Made by a program: the position numbers and the translations under genes. The notes beneath the pieces are model-generated. The model saw only the letters and a program-made list of their open reading frames with translations, was not told the DNA's origin and did not search any database. 64,000 nucleotides of DNA from Paraspadella gotoi (taxonomy: Eukaryota > Animalia > Chaetognatha), in NCBI GenBank assembly GCA_051294375.1, contig CM119271.1, forward strand, positions 7,616,162 to 7,680,161. Reading direction: 5' to 3'. Of this stretch, positions 50,165 through 63,431 are shown piece by piece. The stretch's first letter is position 1. Each line of letters opens with the position of its first letter.

Positions 50165-52222
50165 ATGCCAATTATGAAATTTTTTTAATGGGTCTCGTTC
50201 CGAAAGGCCCCGGTTTGGCTGGATTCAAAGTGCAAACTGAAACGTCGTCGTCGTCATCGGCGTCCTCATGCTTTTAGTCATAGTTTGGGGACTTTTCTTT
50301 CTACTCTGGATTTTACTTCATACAGTCTGTCGTCATATAAACTCTGGAAACTCGCAAGAATAAATGTTTTTTTTACTCGTTTACCCGTGAGACTTTATTT
50401 GCATTCCAGTAAATTTTAAACAAAATATTTTTTTGTGTTTAATTACTATTTAACCTTGAATCTGCGTTTTTTTTTCTTGTTTTTTTTCCCGGCCGATGCA
50501 CCACTAGGAGTGGGACTGAGGTTATGAATTATATATTATTTGTTACTTGCATCTTCAGTGATAGTGCTCGCGCTGCCTTTCTAGTTTACCTGAGATTTAT
50601 TACAATAGCTAAATAACTAAATAGTAAATACAAATAGAAATATAATTTATCTTTATTATTATAATTATTATTTATTGAATACAACTATTCAACCCTTAAT
50701 ACATTGAGCAATGACTTCAGAGATATGGGACTCTAACACCTTTGAATAATAAAGTATTTATGAGTTATAAAAAGGTCAGCCAGGATAGAGATAAACTCTC
50801 AATCATTAATGACATAATTATTCTATCAAATTATCACAAAATTATCTACGAATCAATTACAGTACAAAAATCAATTGGACTTAAAGTGATTAACTACTAT
50901 ATGCTAGATAGACAAGTTACCTGGTCGTTTGTTATTTTAAATATTTTTACATTTACTGATAGGAAATGATGTCAATATTGTTGATGCAATATTTCAAATC
51001 AATAGATTCACGCATTGAAAAGTAATCTACAAAAAATGGTCATTTTTCACCCCCAATTTTTAAAACAAACTTGAGTTCGATAAATTTTATTTTTGGTTAC
51101 ACTTAAATTTTTAGCTTCGGCCGAGTGACTTAATTTGTAATACAAAAACTGATTTTCTTTGATATCTTTTGAACCAAAAATGATAGAACGATGAGACTGG
51201 TATCATATTAAAGCCATGATTATGGGGCATCTTGTCCATATAATTTTTCTCAAACGTTTCAAAGGATTTTTCTTTGAAATTAAATTAAACATACTTGGCC
51301 GTATTTAAAAAATATAGATTCTGAAAGAGAAAAGATTGAATTATGTTTCTGATGTAATCAAAGATTTTCTATACCTAAATTATCATTTTGTTGAAAAGAA
51401 ATATAAGTAAAAAATCATGAAGCAACCTTAAGAAACATATGATTTAAATATGAAAATTTAGGAGTTCAAACTTTGTTCCCCCTGATTTAAAAACTACTGA
51501 CATAGGGCTAAAAGACTGTATTATCAGATTTTTAAATTGTGGTCATCTTCAGGTGCAAATTAAAACCTTTGCATATTGCCCATTAGCTATATTAATATAA
51601 ACAATTTTTATTAAAAAAACCACTACAATCTTTCAATAATACGCTAATGCATGTAGCTGTATGTTTAAATTGTTGTTTTCATTTTTTATTATAATACAAG
51701 ACCTTTATCAATAAAGGGGTCAATAACGAGGAAAATGAGGTATTTCAAGGCTCCATATCGAGACTAAGACAATTCGGGCAACGAAATGTACCTAAGACAT
51801 TGTAGTTTCATTAGCTAATCTTTATTTTTATAATTCTAAAGGGCATGTTTGGCAAAAACAGTAAGAAACAAAAATGATGATAAATTTTGAGAAAGAAATG
51901 TTGATTAATTGCTATAATTTCTTACCATGACGTCAATTCATTTTTTTCGTTATGTTCTTGAAAGATAGGCTAAACCCAACAGAATCGGAATCAGTACATG
52001 ACCGCTGTATATTTATTTAACTTATGCAGTACTGGTGCAAAAATTGCTAGGAAACAAAATTATCAGAAACCGCTTCGTTATTTCGGATTTTTTTCTAAGC
52101 GCGGAGCGACATATCTATATATGCAAATGAGATTGATGAAATCTCAAACTCATTTAGTTTTATTCTAAGAATCTATCTCTTACATTTACTTCTTTTCTTT
52201 TGCAATTTTTACACGAAGAACT

Positions 52223-55200
52223 ATGGAGGCTGTTACAAATGCCTCTCCCCGTAGTGCGGACCCTTTAGATGTCGCACCAGTGGATGCGACGAAGGGTCAC
52301 GCCGCGGGCGACACTTCGCTCGATTCGGAGATTACCAACGATCCTAAAAATTCAAACGGCCTCCCGACCACGGTGTTTCTGCCTCGATCCGATGTCACCA
52401 ACGGCGAATCGACTCTGGACGAAGAAAACGATCCCGAGTACCGCTGCGGCTGGTGCGGCGCCTCCTGTCGCTGTCTTTGGTCCTTCCGGTCGCCCAAGTG
52501 GGCGCTGGCTCTTCTTTGCCTCTCCTCGGTCATGCAGGGTTTCATCGTCAACGGGTTGCTCAACGTGGTCATTTCAACGATCGAGAAGGTCGTGAGAAAA
52601 TGGGAGAGGGGGTGAGGACAACCTGTTGCAGCAGGACTTAATTTCTTTTTTTTTATTCCGCAGAGATTCCACCTGACGTCGAAAGAATCGGGAATGATTC
52701 GCGCCACAAATAGCGTCTCCCAAATGATCTGCACTTTTCCCGTCAGTTACTTCGGGGGCAAGGGGCGCAAGCCGAAATATCTTGGGATCGGCGTCATGTG
52801 CATCGGTTTAGGTCACTTGAATATTCGACTTTTGTGCCTTATTAAAATTCTCATAGTTGTAGTAGTGACAAATATTTTTCTCCATTTTCTCTTTTTAGGC
52901 GCATTCATCTTTTCCCTGCCTCATTTCATATCAGAGGTGTACCAGCCTAATCCATCCAGCGCTTATCATGCTACTTCATCTAGTTTATGTTCCGACAATT
53001 TGGCGCTTAATCGCTTAAAGGCGCTTAGCAATTATCACGACAATAAAACTGTGATCGGGTTAGTTCCATTTTTTGGTTTTTTTTTGTTTTTTACGAAATA
53101 ATTTTGTTTTTCTTTTTCAGTCCCTCCAAGTCGTACGAGGGCCACTCGCTTAACTCTCTCAAATACTTCTTTTTCCTCGGACAAATATTTCATGGCGCGG
53201 GGTCATGCCCACTCTGGACCCTTGGCGTCACTTACCTCGATGAAAACTTACCCACGAAGACGAGCTCCTTGTACGTGGGGATATTTTACGCTTTTGCCGT
53301 TTTGGGCCCAGCGTTGGGCTACATCGGCGGCGGTCGGCTTTTGAAGGTCCTTGCTGCTAGTGTTAACTTAAAACTCGTTGTATTTGCCTTCAATGTTGTT
53401 ATTGATTGGCCTTTGACAGATTTACACTGATTTTGCGGCTGTGCCTGAATCCGATCTGCATGGCTTAAATCCAAATCACCCAAACTGGGTTGGCCTCTGG
53501 TGGATTGGATTCGTTCTTGCTTCCTTCGTCAGTCTGACCGTCGGGTAATGAAAAAAAGATTGACATCGCACGATCGATAGAGAGAAAAATTTCAAATCGT
53601 TCAACCCTGTCAACCAGATTCATCCTTTTCGCTTTTCCCGCCAAACTCCCCGGATGGAAGCGCATCCAAGCGCTGCGCATTAACGAGAGCATCGACGTTC
53701 GCAAGCGATCCGCCGATGACCGACGCTCGCCCTCTCCGGAGAACGGGAATGGGCGAGGCTTCGCTCGCCACTTCCGCCCCGTCCTCCGCGACATCCGCGC
53801 TTTAAGCCTCAACTGGCCCTTTATTTGCGTGACGCTTAATCAAACGGCCGAGGGGTTCCTTCTCGCCATCTACTCGGCCTTCATGCCCAAGTTTCTCGAA
53901 TCGCAGTTCCGCGCTTCGGCCTCTGACGGGGCCTTCTTCGTGGGCATTATCATCGGTGAGTGATTGACAGAAAGATGGACAAACGGACGGACAGATAAGC
54001 GGACAAATAGACTTAGAGCGGCGAATAAAATGGAAAACAAAGAAAGGGGGAAAAAATGTCTGAAATGTCAAATTAATTTAGTGTTTTGCGGCGCGACGGG
54101 AATGATCTTCGGTGGTTGGGTCATAAAGAAGTTTGACATGAGTTGTTACTCTATTATGGTCGCGGTCACTATCGCTACAATGCTTCAACTTCCGCAGGTT
54201 TTGGGAAATTTGTTGCGAATTTTGAAGGATTAATTACGTATCGTCAGTTTTTTTAATTGAAATTTTCTCTTCAGAATTTCGCCTTTTTATCGATGTCATG
54301 TGACCGCAGTTCTTTTTCTGGAATCGATTACCCACCTAATATCCAAAACACGGTAAGTCGTCGAGCATGTATTGACATCATCGACAATGACGTGTTTACC
54401 GTTCCAATTCAGAGCCCGCTTCTTACTCAAAGCTGCAACTCAAACTGTTCTTGCGCTGGAGCGAACTACGATCCCGTATGCGGAACCGACCTGATGATGT
54501 ACTTCAGCCCCTGTCACGCAGGCTGCAGCTCGGCCGACGACGGTAAAGTGCCTCTTTTTTCGACCTTCACCCTAATAATCTTGTCATTATCTTAAACCAA
54601 CAAAGCCTATCCACTGAGTGTCCAGTGTCCAGCCTCTCCACCAAAGCCTGTCCGGTGTCCAAAGTCNNNNNNNNNNGTGTCCAGCCTATCCACCAAAGCC
54701 TCTCCGGTGTCCAAAGTCAGGGGCAAGATAGCTTATTTATTAAATGAATGGATAATTTTTTTTATTAGTTGTACCAATTTCATAAAAAAGAATATTTTCT
54801 CTTAGTCTTACCTTCGATCTTCACCCTTTACCCTTTAGGCGGCATCGGAAAAATAACCTACTCCAATTGCAGCTGCGTGAACAACACCTCTTCCGCTGGA
54901 ACGAACGCCTCGTTCGGCGGCGCCATCGGCGGCGGATGTCCGCCCGACGCTTCCTGTCGCAACTGGATAATGTACCCCTTCCTCCTCATCTTCGCCTCGC
55001 TTCTCTTTCCCATGATCGCCACGACGTCTCCAGCGATGCAGGCGACGCTAAGGACGGTTCCCTCTGAGCTCAAGTCGGTCGCTCTGGGGATTCAGGTCGG
55101 TGGGCGGCTTGATACGAAGCTTGAACGTATTCAAAATTATTGAACTTATGTTGTTTCTGTTCACAGTTGGTGATGTCGCGACTGTTTGGCGCTGTTCCGG

Positions 55201-55592
55201 GACCGCCTACCTTTGGCTTCATTTTTGATTCCGCCTGTTTGCTATGGCAGAACGAGGCATCCGGCGGAAGTGAGTTTCTTCTTGAAATGTCATCGCCGCT
55301 GGCTATCGTGAATTTTACCTAGTTAGGGACTAAGTGCCATTTACCGGCTGTTACTTATTTCGTCTCGATATCTAGGAGGAGCGTGCGTCGTTTACGATCA
55401 AAAATATTTATCGCTCGCAATGTTTTCGGTTGGTCTCATTTGGAAGATACTGTCTACGGCGTTCATCTTGGCATCTTGCCTCTTCTATCGCTCGTACATG
55501 AGGTGAGCTTTTCGGGAAGTACTTACCTCGAATGAAAGAATTATCCCACTTTTTTTGATCATTTTTATCTCGCCAGACGGGCGAATGCCTGA
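52223..55592 (+). CDS. Solute carrier organic anion transporter (SLCO/OATP family), multi-exon
   Basis: VNGLLNVVISTIEKRF, PVSYFGG, LGVTYLDEN, GPALGYIGGG, WVGLWWIGF, the Kazal-like CNSNCSC...YDPVCG...YFSPCHAGC and GFIFDSACLLW. Confidence 0.9.
54625..54718. repeat. 42-bp direct repeat on both sides of a 10-N assembly gap inside an SLCO intron
   Basis: 54625-54666 and 54677-54718 differ at 2 positions. The Ns occupy 54667-54676. Confidence 0.85.
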
Positions 55593-55849
55593 CTTGGGCG
55601 AGATGTTAATTCGTTTCTGCTTCTTTTAACCATCAGCATGATCTTTTATATTCAAATGTTTCATATTCCTACACTCATTTGTTTGTTTTATTTACAAAAC
55701 AATTTATATATATATATAGACAAGTTAAGCTCTGCAGATATCTCTTTTAAATATCTGTCGCTCTCTCTCTTTTTTATTATGTCACTCTTTTTTTTCTGTC
55801 GCCGCTTCTTCTGATTCGTTTAAAAACGAATTAAGCTCTGCAGCGGCAC

Positions 55850-56410
55850 ACCAGTAAGACAGGCCAAAATTAAACACTTTTTATAACTTTTCTGAAAAAA
55901 AAATATTTTTTTTTTATACTAAATCGATTTTTAATGCAACTTTATAAATTAGTTCATTGGGTTGTTGCATTGAAGCTTTTAAATTTTTATTAATATATAA
56001 CAGATAATAAATTTTTTTTTAAATTTTATTTTTTAAAAACAAATTCTTATAAAGCTTGAAAAGTTTAATTAAAATTAGTATTATAATTTTTTAAAATTTT
56101 AATAATAAATTAGTTAAAAGAAAAAACTTTAAAAAATCATTATCATCATTGGCTGAATTTTAATTTTTTTAAAAATTTTTATTAATAAAACAAAAGAATT
56201 TTAAAAAGTTGTATTAATAACCTTTATCTAACTTTTAAAGCTTTATCAGAATTTATTTAAACAAAATAAAAAAAAAATTTAAATTTTATATTGCAATAAA
56301 ATTATCAATAAGCTAAATTTTAAAAATTATTTTCTTATTTTTTAATAGTTACTTTACTATTATTTATTTGAGAGAACTTGTAGTTTTCAACCTGTTCCGG
56401 CTTACTGTCC
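55850..56410. mobile_element. AT-rich fold-back/MITE-like remnant (imperfect long palindrome)
   Basis: 56027-56065 (TATTTTTTAAAAACAAATTCTTATAAAGCTTGAAAAGTT) is the imperfect reverse complement of 56230-56268. Possible ends are CAGTAAG/CTTACTG. No TSD found. Confidence 0.45.
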
Positions 56411-56483
56411 AGCGGCTGTCCAGTTTCTTTCTTTCTCTCTGTCTTTCTCTTACTCATACACACATTTGTTTATTTTATTTAGG

Positions 56484-56811
56484 ATGATTATCATCGCATC
56501 AATGAATAATTATCATCGGATCAATGAATGATTGTCATCGCATCAATGAATGATTATCTTCGCATCAATGAATGATTATTATCGCATCCATAATTTGGTT
56601 ATCATTACATCAATTTCTTTGGTTATCATTGAATCAATTCTTTGGTTATAATCGCATTAATAATAGGTTAATGGTTATCATTGTATCAATAATCAATTAC
56701 TATTACATCAATCTATTATTATTACATCAATCAATTATTATTACATTAATCAATCATTTATTATTACATCAATCAATTATTATTATATTAATAATTTGTT
56801 ATCGCATCAAT
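56484..56811. repeat. 22-bp minisatellite ATGATTATCATCGCATCAATGA, decaying towards the 3' end
   Basis: Four near-perfect units at 56484, 56506, 56528 and 56550 are followed by about ten progressively degenerate units. Confidence 0.88.
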
Positions 56812-57684
56812 CTTTTTTTTTCGGATTTTTTTATTAATTTTCTGGCGAGATCACAATACTTTTACGATTTTTTTCTTCAAGACGTTCGAACAAAGACGAT
56901 TTGCCTGAGCAGGCAGCCCGACTGACAAGTGATGTTCCGCTCTCGCAACAAATTGAGGAAAATGAAGAAACTGAAAAGGTTTCCCAAAAAGTGTCTTCCC
57001 TTTAGCGCTTTTTCAAGTTTTTTTGGAAAAAAATATCTTTTTTTTTGCCGCTGTCATTTATTTCGTGATTTTACGTCGGTACATTTTGATTTTTTTTTTT
57101 AACTTTTTCTCGTTTTGAGGAATTTTTTTTTCTTTTTGCCTGTCAGCTCAGTATTTATTTTATTTTATTCTTATTTAAAAACTTGGTGTTTTGTTAATCT
57201 GTAGACGTACGATGTTATAATATTGTTATAGATGGAATTGCTCATCCATAGCTGCCTCGATAGGCGTCATTTCACGTATTCGTGCCTTTTCCCTACAACA
57301 TTTTTAGCTATTTTCATCGTGAAAGTAGACAATATTTTGAAAATAATTGTGAAAGAAATGCACATCGTCATCGAATCTCCTGTTCAAATAAGCGTCAGTA
57401 GAAAATAGCATCTCTTATGACTGAACGACTTTGCAGCTGAAAAAAATGTTTCAAGATTTAACTTCATGCAGAAAGTATTATGAATACAATATTATTCAAG
57501 TGCTATATTTTTTGAACAAGCTCACCTGCGATATACTTGTCATAAGCCAGTTATATCATTGTCTCATATTTACTCCAATCAATTTTTAATTATAATAGGT
57601 TTTTTAAGTTGAACAGAATGACAATATATAAGTCTTGTTGATAAACTCAGCATCGCGTTTGAACATTTAGTTGTGCGGTGCAAC

Positions 57685-59459
57685 ATGGAGTATTACGAGA
57701 TAGAGGAGGATAAAATGGGGATGCGAGTCACGTCGGGAGCCGTGAAAATACGGTAGGACATGTCGTACTTGCGCCCTTTTTTTCGCGTCCCGTTTACGAT
57801 TCATCTTTGTTCTTCGCAGAAAAGACACCAATAACTTGATCGGCATCAGCATTGGTGGCGGATCTCCTTTGTGCCCGTGCCTTTATATCGTTCAAGTAAG
57901 ACGAGCCATGTTCATTGTCTAATATTAGTTAAACACAATCTGTGGTCATTGGATAATCTGATAGGTTTTCGACAACACCCCCGCCGCTAAAGACGGCACC
58001 CTCGCATCTGGCGACGAGATAACCTCCGTCAACGGGTCCAGCGTTAAGGGCAAAACCAAGGTCATGTCTGCTATTTGCTAATGGATGAAGCGCCATTTGC
58101 TATTCTTTAACTTTGTCTTTATCTCCAGGTGGAAGTCGCCAGAATGATCCAGGGTGTTTCCCAAGACGTCACCATCCACTATAACAAACTTCACGCCGAC
58201 CCGAAGCAGGGGAAATCCCTCGACATCGTACTCAAGAAGATGAAGGCGAGTGATCCGATTCGGATGAACTCGATTTTTCACATTTGCCTTATTTTTATTT
58301 ATGATGAAAAACTCGCAGCACAAAGTGGTGGAGAACATGTCATCGTCGACGGCGGACGCGCTTGGTCTCAGCCGCGCCATCCTTTGCAACGACGGCCTGG
58401 TCAAAAAGCTGGAGGAGCTCGAGTCCAACGCGGGGATGTATCGCGGCCTCGTCGAGCACGTGAGGAAGCTCCTTCGCGCCTTCTACGACCTCTCGCGGGT
58501 CCACAAGGCCTTTGGCGAAGTTTTCGCCGCCATCGGCGTCCGCGAACCTTTGCCCAACGCTTCCGAGTCCTTCACCAAGTTCGGAGAGACTCATCGCGAG
58601 ATCGAAAAGTTTGCCATCAAGATGCTCAAGCAGGTCAAGCCCATCATAAGCGATCTGGGCACCTTCCTCTCCAAGGCGGTGCCCGACACGAGACTCACCA
58701 TCAAGAAGTACGCCGACTGCAAGTTCGAGTACCTCTCCTACTGTTTGAAGGCGAGTTTGGCGTTGGTTGGGTTAAGAATGGGTTGAACACGCCAAGATCT
58801 TTTCAAATTCATCCTAGGTGAAAGAGATGGACGACGAGGAATACTCTTACGCGGCGATCCACGAACCACTCTACAGAGTCGAAACCGGGAACTATGAGTA
58901 CCGACTCGTACTACGATGTCGCCAACTCTCGCGTGAAAAGTATGTTCGTCGTCGGTTTCGTTTGTTTTTAAACAAAAAAAATTTCGAATCAACTCGATGT
59001 TCAGATTCGCCAAGATGCGGTCGGACGTGCTTGTTAAGATGGAGCTGCTTGATCAGAAGCACGTGCAGGACACGGTTAACCAACTCCAGCGCCTCATCAC
59101 CGCCTTGCAGACTTTTTACGACGATTGCGCCCGCGCGCTCAAGGAATCCCAACACGTTTTTCCCATTGAAGTCGATCTCTCCTCCTCCATGCTGGGTATG
59201 TAATTGGACGTGATGTCACGAAAATGTAGCGTCTTATTTTTTTGGCTAAAATTAAATGTATTATTAAACTCATTAATCAGGCCTTTCCGTGACCGACCCG
59301 ATGCGAGTTTTTCACGACGAAGCCGAAGACAACGAGGATGATGACGAAGAAGCCGGTTCCCCATCGCGCGTGAATCAGCAAGGCGGGGATCAAGGCGGCC
59401 GGAAAGAGGCAGCGCTCATCGATTGGAACGCCGACGCCCCCATTATAGATTTAAATTAG
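57685..59459 (+). CDS. PICK1: PRKCA-binding protein PICK1 (PDZ + BAR/arfaptin), multi-exon
   Basis: YEIEEDKMG, NLIGISIGGGSPLCPCLYIVQVFDNTPA, ENMSSSTADALGLSRAILCNDGLVK, KFEYLSYCLKVKEMDDEEY and EPLYRVETGNYEYRL. Confidence 0.96.
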
Positions 59460-60401
59460 TTCGTTTGTGACCATGGGTTCGATTCTTGACCAGAGCTTTT
59501 TTTTATCAGGTCCTTGAATTCTAACAACCTCAAAATCTCAAATAGTTTTCTATCGATTTATAAATACGGAGATTTTCGTAACAATCGCTTTTTTTGTGTT
59601 GTTCTCCTTCTCTCTTGCCCTCTGTCAATTTCGTAGTAGCTAAAACGAAGAGTGTCCGCGTTCGTGGCGGAGAATTATTCTAGTCGGGCGTTGTGTCGGA
59701 CAATTGGCGAGACTGGCATGGGGGAAAAAAAAATCAATCGAAATACTAAATGTCAAGTGTATGGCTCTATGTTACATTGTGAATTTTGCATTGTGCAATG
59801 TTTTTTTCTCAAGCAAACGATCAAATGAAACCGGTTGTCAGTCAATTGTCTGTAACCCCGCCGTTTAGTCGTAGGTGAACGTTTTAATCATTTATTCCGC
59901 TAATCGTTCCATACTTTTTGTGATCTACCTAATAGTCATTATTATTTTTGATTCATTTTTTGAAATACATTCCTCGTCGCCAAGAATTTGCTAAGCTTTG
60001 TTTCCGTTATTTCCAGCCATGTATGACTTGAAAAGGAAGACCTAAACTGAGTTAGGAAAGAAAGTTTATCAGTCAATACGTAGGAGTTTCTTCCTTGGAT
60101 AGAAAGTTAAAATTTCTGAACAAGACGAAGTGAAACATCGATTATAATTAACACTTTACAAAGCGTTATAAGTTACAACTAATGGATTTAGAATGTCAAC
60201 CAGAAACACCTTTTGTTCCTTCTTCGCCGCCAGCTTGCGAGAAAACGAGAAGAAAATTGAACTCAACAGTGAATTGCTCTTTTGTTTCGCTGTCGTTATC
60301 TTTTATGACAGACTGTGATCCACCTTTCTCCTCTTCCTTTCCTCGTCGCCCCCCGATGCTCCACGTCTACGTCTTTCTCTCTGACGCCGCCGTCGACGAC
60401 G

Positions 60402-62512
60402 ATGGCGGAGAAGCCTTGGACGAGCATCGACCCCGTCGCCGTCATTCTCGTCTCCTCAGGAAGTCGCGGTGACAAACTTCTCTTCCGTTATCCCGTCGAC
60501 GACGACCGCGACGACGATTCTGAGGGCGCCCAAAGGCCCGAAGCCTCGACGAATCCCGGTCCGGCCGGTTCCACCCTCTCGGCGCCTCCTCCGCCCGCGG
60601 ACTCCAAGCGCGCTCCTCCCACCTCTCGTCAGCGTCCCACCGTCGTTCTCAACCAAAACCCTTACGCCGTTCCCATCGTCGAGGACTACGGAGCTTCCAT
60701 TCGGCCCCTCAAGGTGCCCAAGACCTGCGTGGGGCCTCGCGGGACTCTCGTCGGCTTCTCCGACAAAATCCTGGCCACCCTTTTGGCCGTCAAGCAAGAA
60801 CTCTGCGGAGGAAAGTTCGAGCTCAAGATCAACGACGTTGTCTTTGTCGGGCATCCCAAGCTGCTCGAGCACGCCGGCGCGGGTCCGCCGGCTCAGCCTT
60901 CCACGTCTGCGGCTTCGATGGAGACGCAGCCGGCAAATAAGAAGGAAGCGTCGACGCTCATCCTCTTCAACGTCGTCTTCGCTTTGGCGGCGGAAGCGAG
61001 TTTCGAAATCCGCAACTGCATCCACCAATTAGCGCTTTCCTTCGCTGCCGCCCTCGCTCACGAAGAGCACCGCTGCGGATTCTTGACGCACCAGGCGAAA
61101 CGCATGATCGCCGTCCTCGACGAATCGGCCGGAACGTCGGCGTCCTCGTCCGGAAGCGGCGCCGGCGCCGGTTCGACCCCCGGCGGCGTCAACGAGACGG
61201 ATTCGCCGTCGCGAGCGTCGCCGTTCAAGTCGATGTTAAGTCAGTGTTTGTTGGCGAGGAACTTGGCCGACGCACTCGACAGCCTTAAGGAGAATGGAGT
61301 CGTGCAGCTTCACGTCAACCGGTGGATTCCCATCTCCTTCTGCCTGCCGCACAAGGTGCACCTCCAACGGGCTTCGCGATCCTACGGACGAAACTCCCTT
61401 CTTCCCAAACAGCTCGTCCGACCCTTTCGACTCACGAGCGTTCTTAAGGCGCTTTCATCGCTGCAGCCTTATCACGGGTTGCTGCTTCTGGAGGAGTCGC
61501 GCGCCATCTTGGAACGGTTGCCGGTGGACTGTAGTCCGGCCCTGGTCCGCGTCATCAAAACGGTGTCGCCGCTGAAAAAGTTGGAGACGATCGCCGTGGA
61601 CTCTGACCTCGCCCTTGCTCAGGTCTTTCAGATCGCCTCTCACCTTGTCTACTGGGGAAAGGCCTCCGTCGTCTACCCGCTCTGCGAGAACAACGTTTAC
61701 GTCGTCTCACCCAAGATTCACCGCGATGCCGTTCACGACGGATCCAAACTCTGTCGGGATTTCGACAAAAACTTTAACCGAAGTCTTCAAGTCACGCTGG
61801 CTGAATTTTCCCTACCCGTACCGCTTGGTTAGTAAATTGTTTTGTTTGTTGTTTTGTTTTGTCTGTTTTTGGCCGACTTTGTTATTGCTAAACCGCAACC
61901 CCTTTTTTCTCATTTTCTTTCCTTTAACTGGGTCCAACTTTTTTTTCATCCCCCCAAAAAGGCGATCACCAAGCTCCATACGCTCGCCCTCAGGAATACA
62001 ACGATCGAGTCAAGCTGCTCATGTGGCTTTTGCAACGAAACCTTCTCCAACAACTGCACACCTACGTCTACCTCCTCGTCGAGGATCTCGCCGACCCACC
62101 CACGCCCAAGTCGCGCGGGGTGTTTTCGAAGGAAACTACGACCACGACGACGGCGTCGGCTGCGTTCGGCTCCGTCGACGCCACGTCGCGATCGGAGGAA
62201 ATTCCGACGACCGACTCGACTCCAGCGTCGTGGCGCGCCTCCGCCTCCTCTAAGACGCAGGAGTTGCTCACGGCGGAACTCTCGAGCGCCGAGCGGCGCG
62301 CCGTCTTCCGACTCGACGCCGCCAACAACTCGGACGATCTCAAACTCTTTGCTCGTCTCGTCAAGTATTTTCGCGGGCGGCAGCACCTCGAAGAAATCAT
62401 GTTCTACGAAAACATTTCTCGATCGCAGATCCTCATCATCGTCGACAAATTCCGGGAGGTGCTGGTGGCCACGATGCATCCCGATCCCGTCACTTCAGTT
62501 TTTCTCGAATGA
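60402..62512 (+). CDS. NPRL3: GATOR1 complex subunit NPRL3; exons 60402-61827 and 61962-62512
   Basis: VILVSSGSRGDKLLFRYP, FSDKILATLLAVK...KFELKINDVVFVGHP, HEEHRCGFL, HLVYWGKASVVYPLCENNVY, WLLQRNLLQQLHTY and YFRGRQHLEEIMFYENISRSQ. Confidence 0.95.
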
Positions 62513-63431
62513 TTACCGTTACGTTTAAATTTTTTTTATAAAAAAAGTAAACGAATACGTTGCCCGTTTCAGTTTTTGAATTTTGTTATTCTAGTCATTT
62601 ATTTGATACCCGCCGGTCGAATCTACAAAAGTTAGCTATTAAATTCAAAATAGTTTTAACGTTTCTCGTTTTGTATTTTTAAATATCGAGAAAAAAAAAT
62701 TACAGTTAATATTAAAAATAAAACTTCTCTAGCCTAATGTTTAATGACTTTTTAGTTTTGTCCGTTATATCAGCTTTGTCTCAGGTCGACCTTAATCCCT
62801 TGTCCTTTTGTTTCTGCCATCAATGTCCTCCATCTTCTCTCCTTGCGATTTCAGTCGGCTTTCGTGAGTCAAAGGGAGAGAAAAAAATTTTTTTTCTCAA
62901 CCTCTCGTTTGGACGATGCAAACCTGAGACAGAGATAAAAAAAAACAAACGAAAGGAGACAAAGAGAGAAAAACGTAATCTCGTTGCGTGTCGAAACATC
63001 ATCATCGCCGCCTCGGACACTGGCATCTCGCACGCAAACGCCCGCGTTATATGTCGCTTAGCCTTGCGGTCCAGTTTGTCATTAGATGTATGAATGCGCA
63101 GGAAACTCGCGAATTCAGCAAAAATTTCTCCCCTTTTTTTTCCCTTTCAAATCCGATTCTCTCTTTGGGGAATTTCCGTCGCGAACCCTTGTTTGTTTTG
63201 GCGTCTACCAGTCGCCTTTTTTTCTATTGCAAATCTTCTTTTTTTTAATTTAACTTAGGAGATTTCGTTCGAATTTCGTCGCAGTTTCGATTCCGATATA
63301 TTTTGGAAAAAGATCTCCCTCTCAACGTAAAAACCCAGAACGATGATTCATCACTGAATCGAAAATTGTTTAGATACAAACTTAAGTTAACGAGACTCAA
63401 AGAGAAAGAAAGAAAAAAAAAACCCACAAAA

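Noticed and set aside
50480-52050. Possible transposon remnant between ACSS2 and SLCO (TGCACCACTA ... TACTGGTGCA)
   Set aside because: The 10-bp inverted match has no flanking TSD or ORF. The region may well be repeat-derived, but its boundaries cannot be supported.
54625-54718. Direct repeats as element termini
   Set aside because: They flank an N gap, so they are likely a collapsed tandem repeat or overlapping contig ends.
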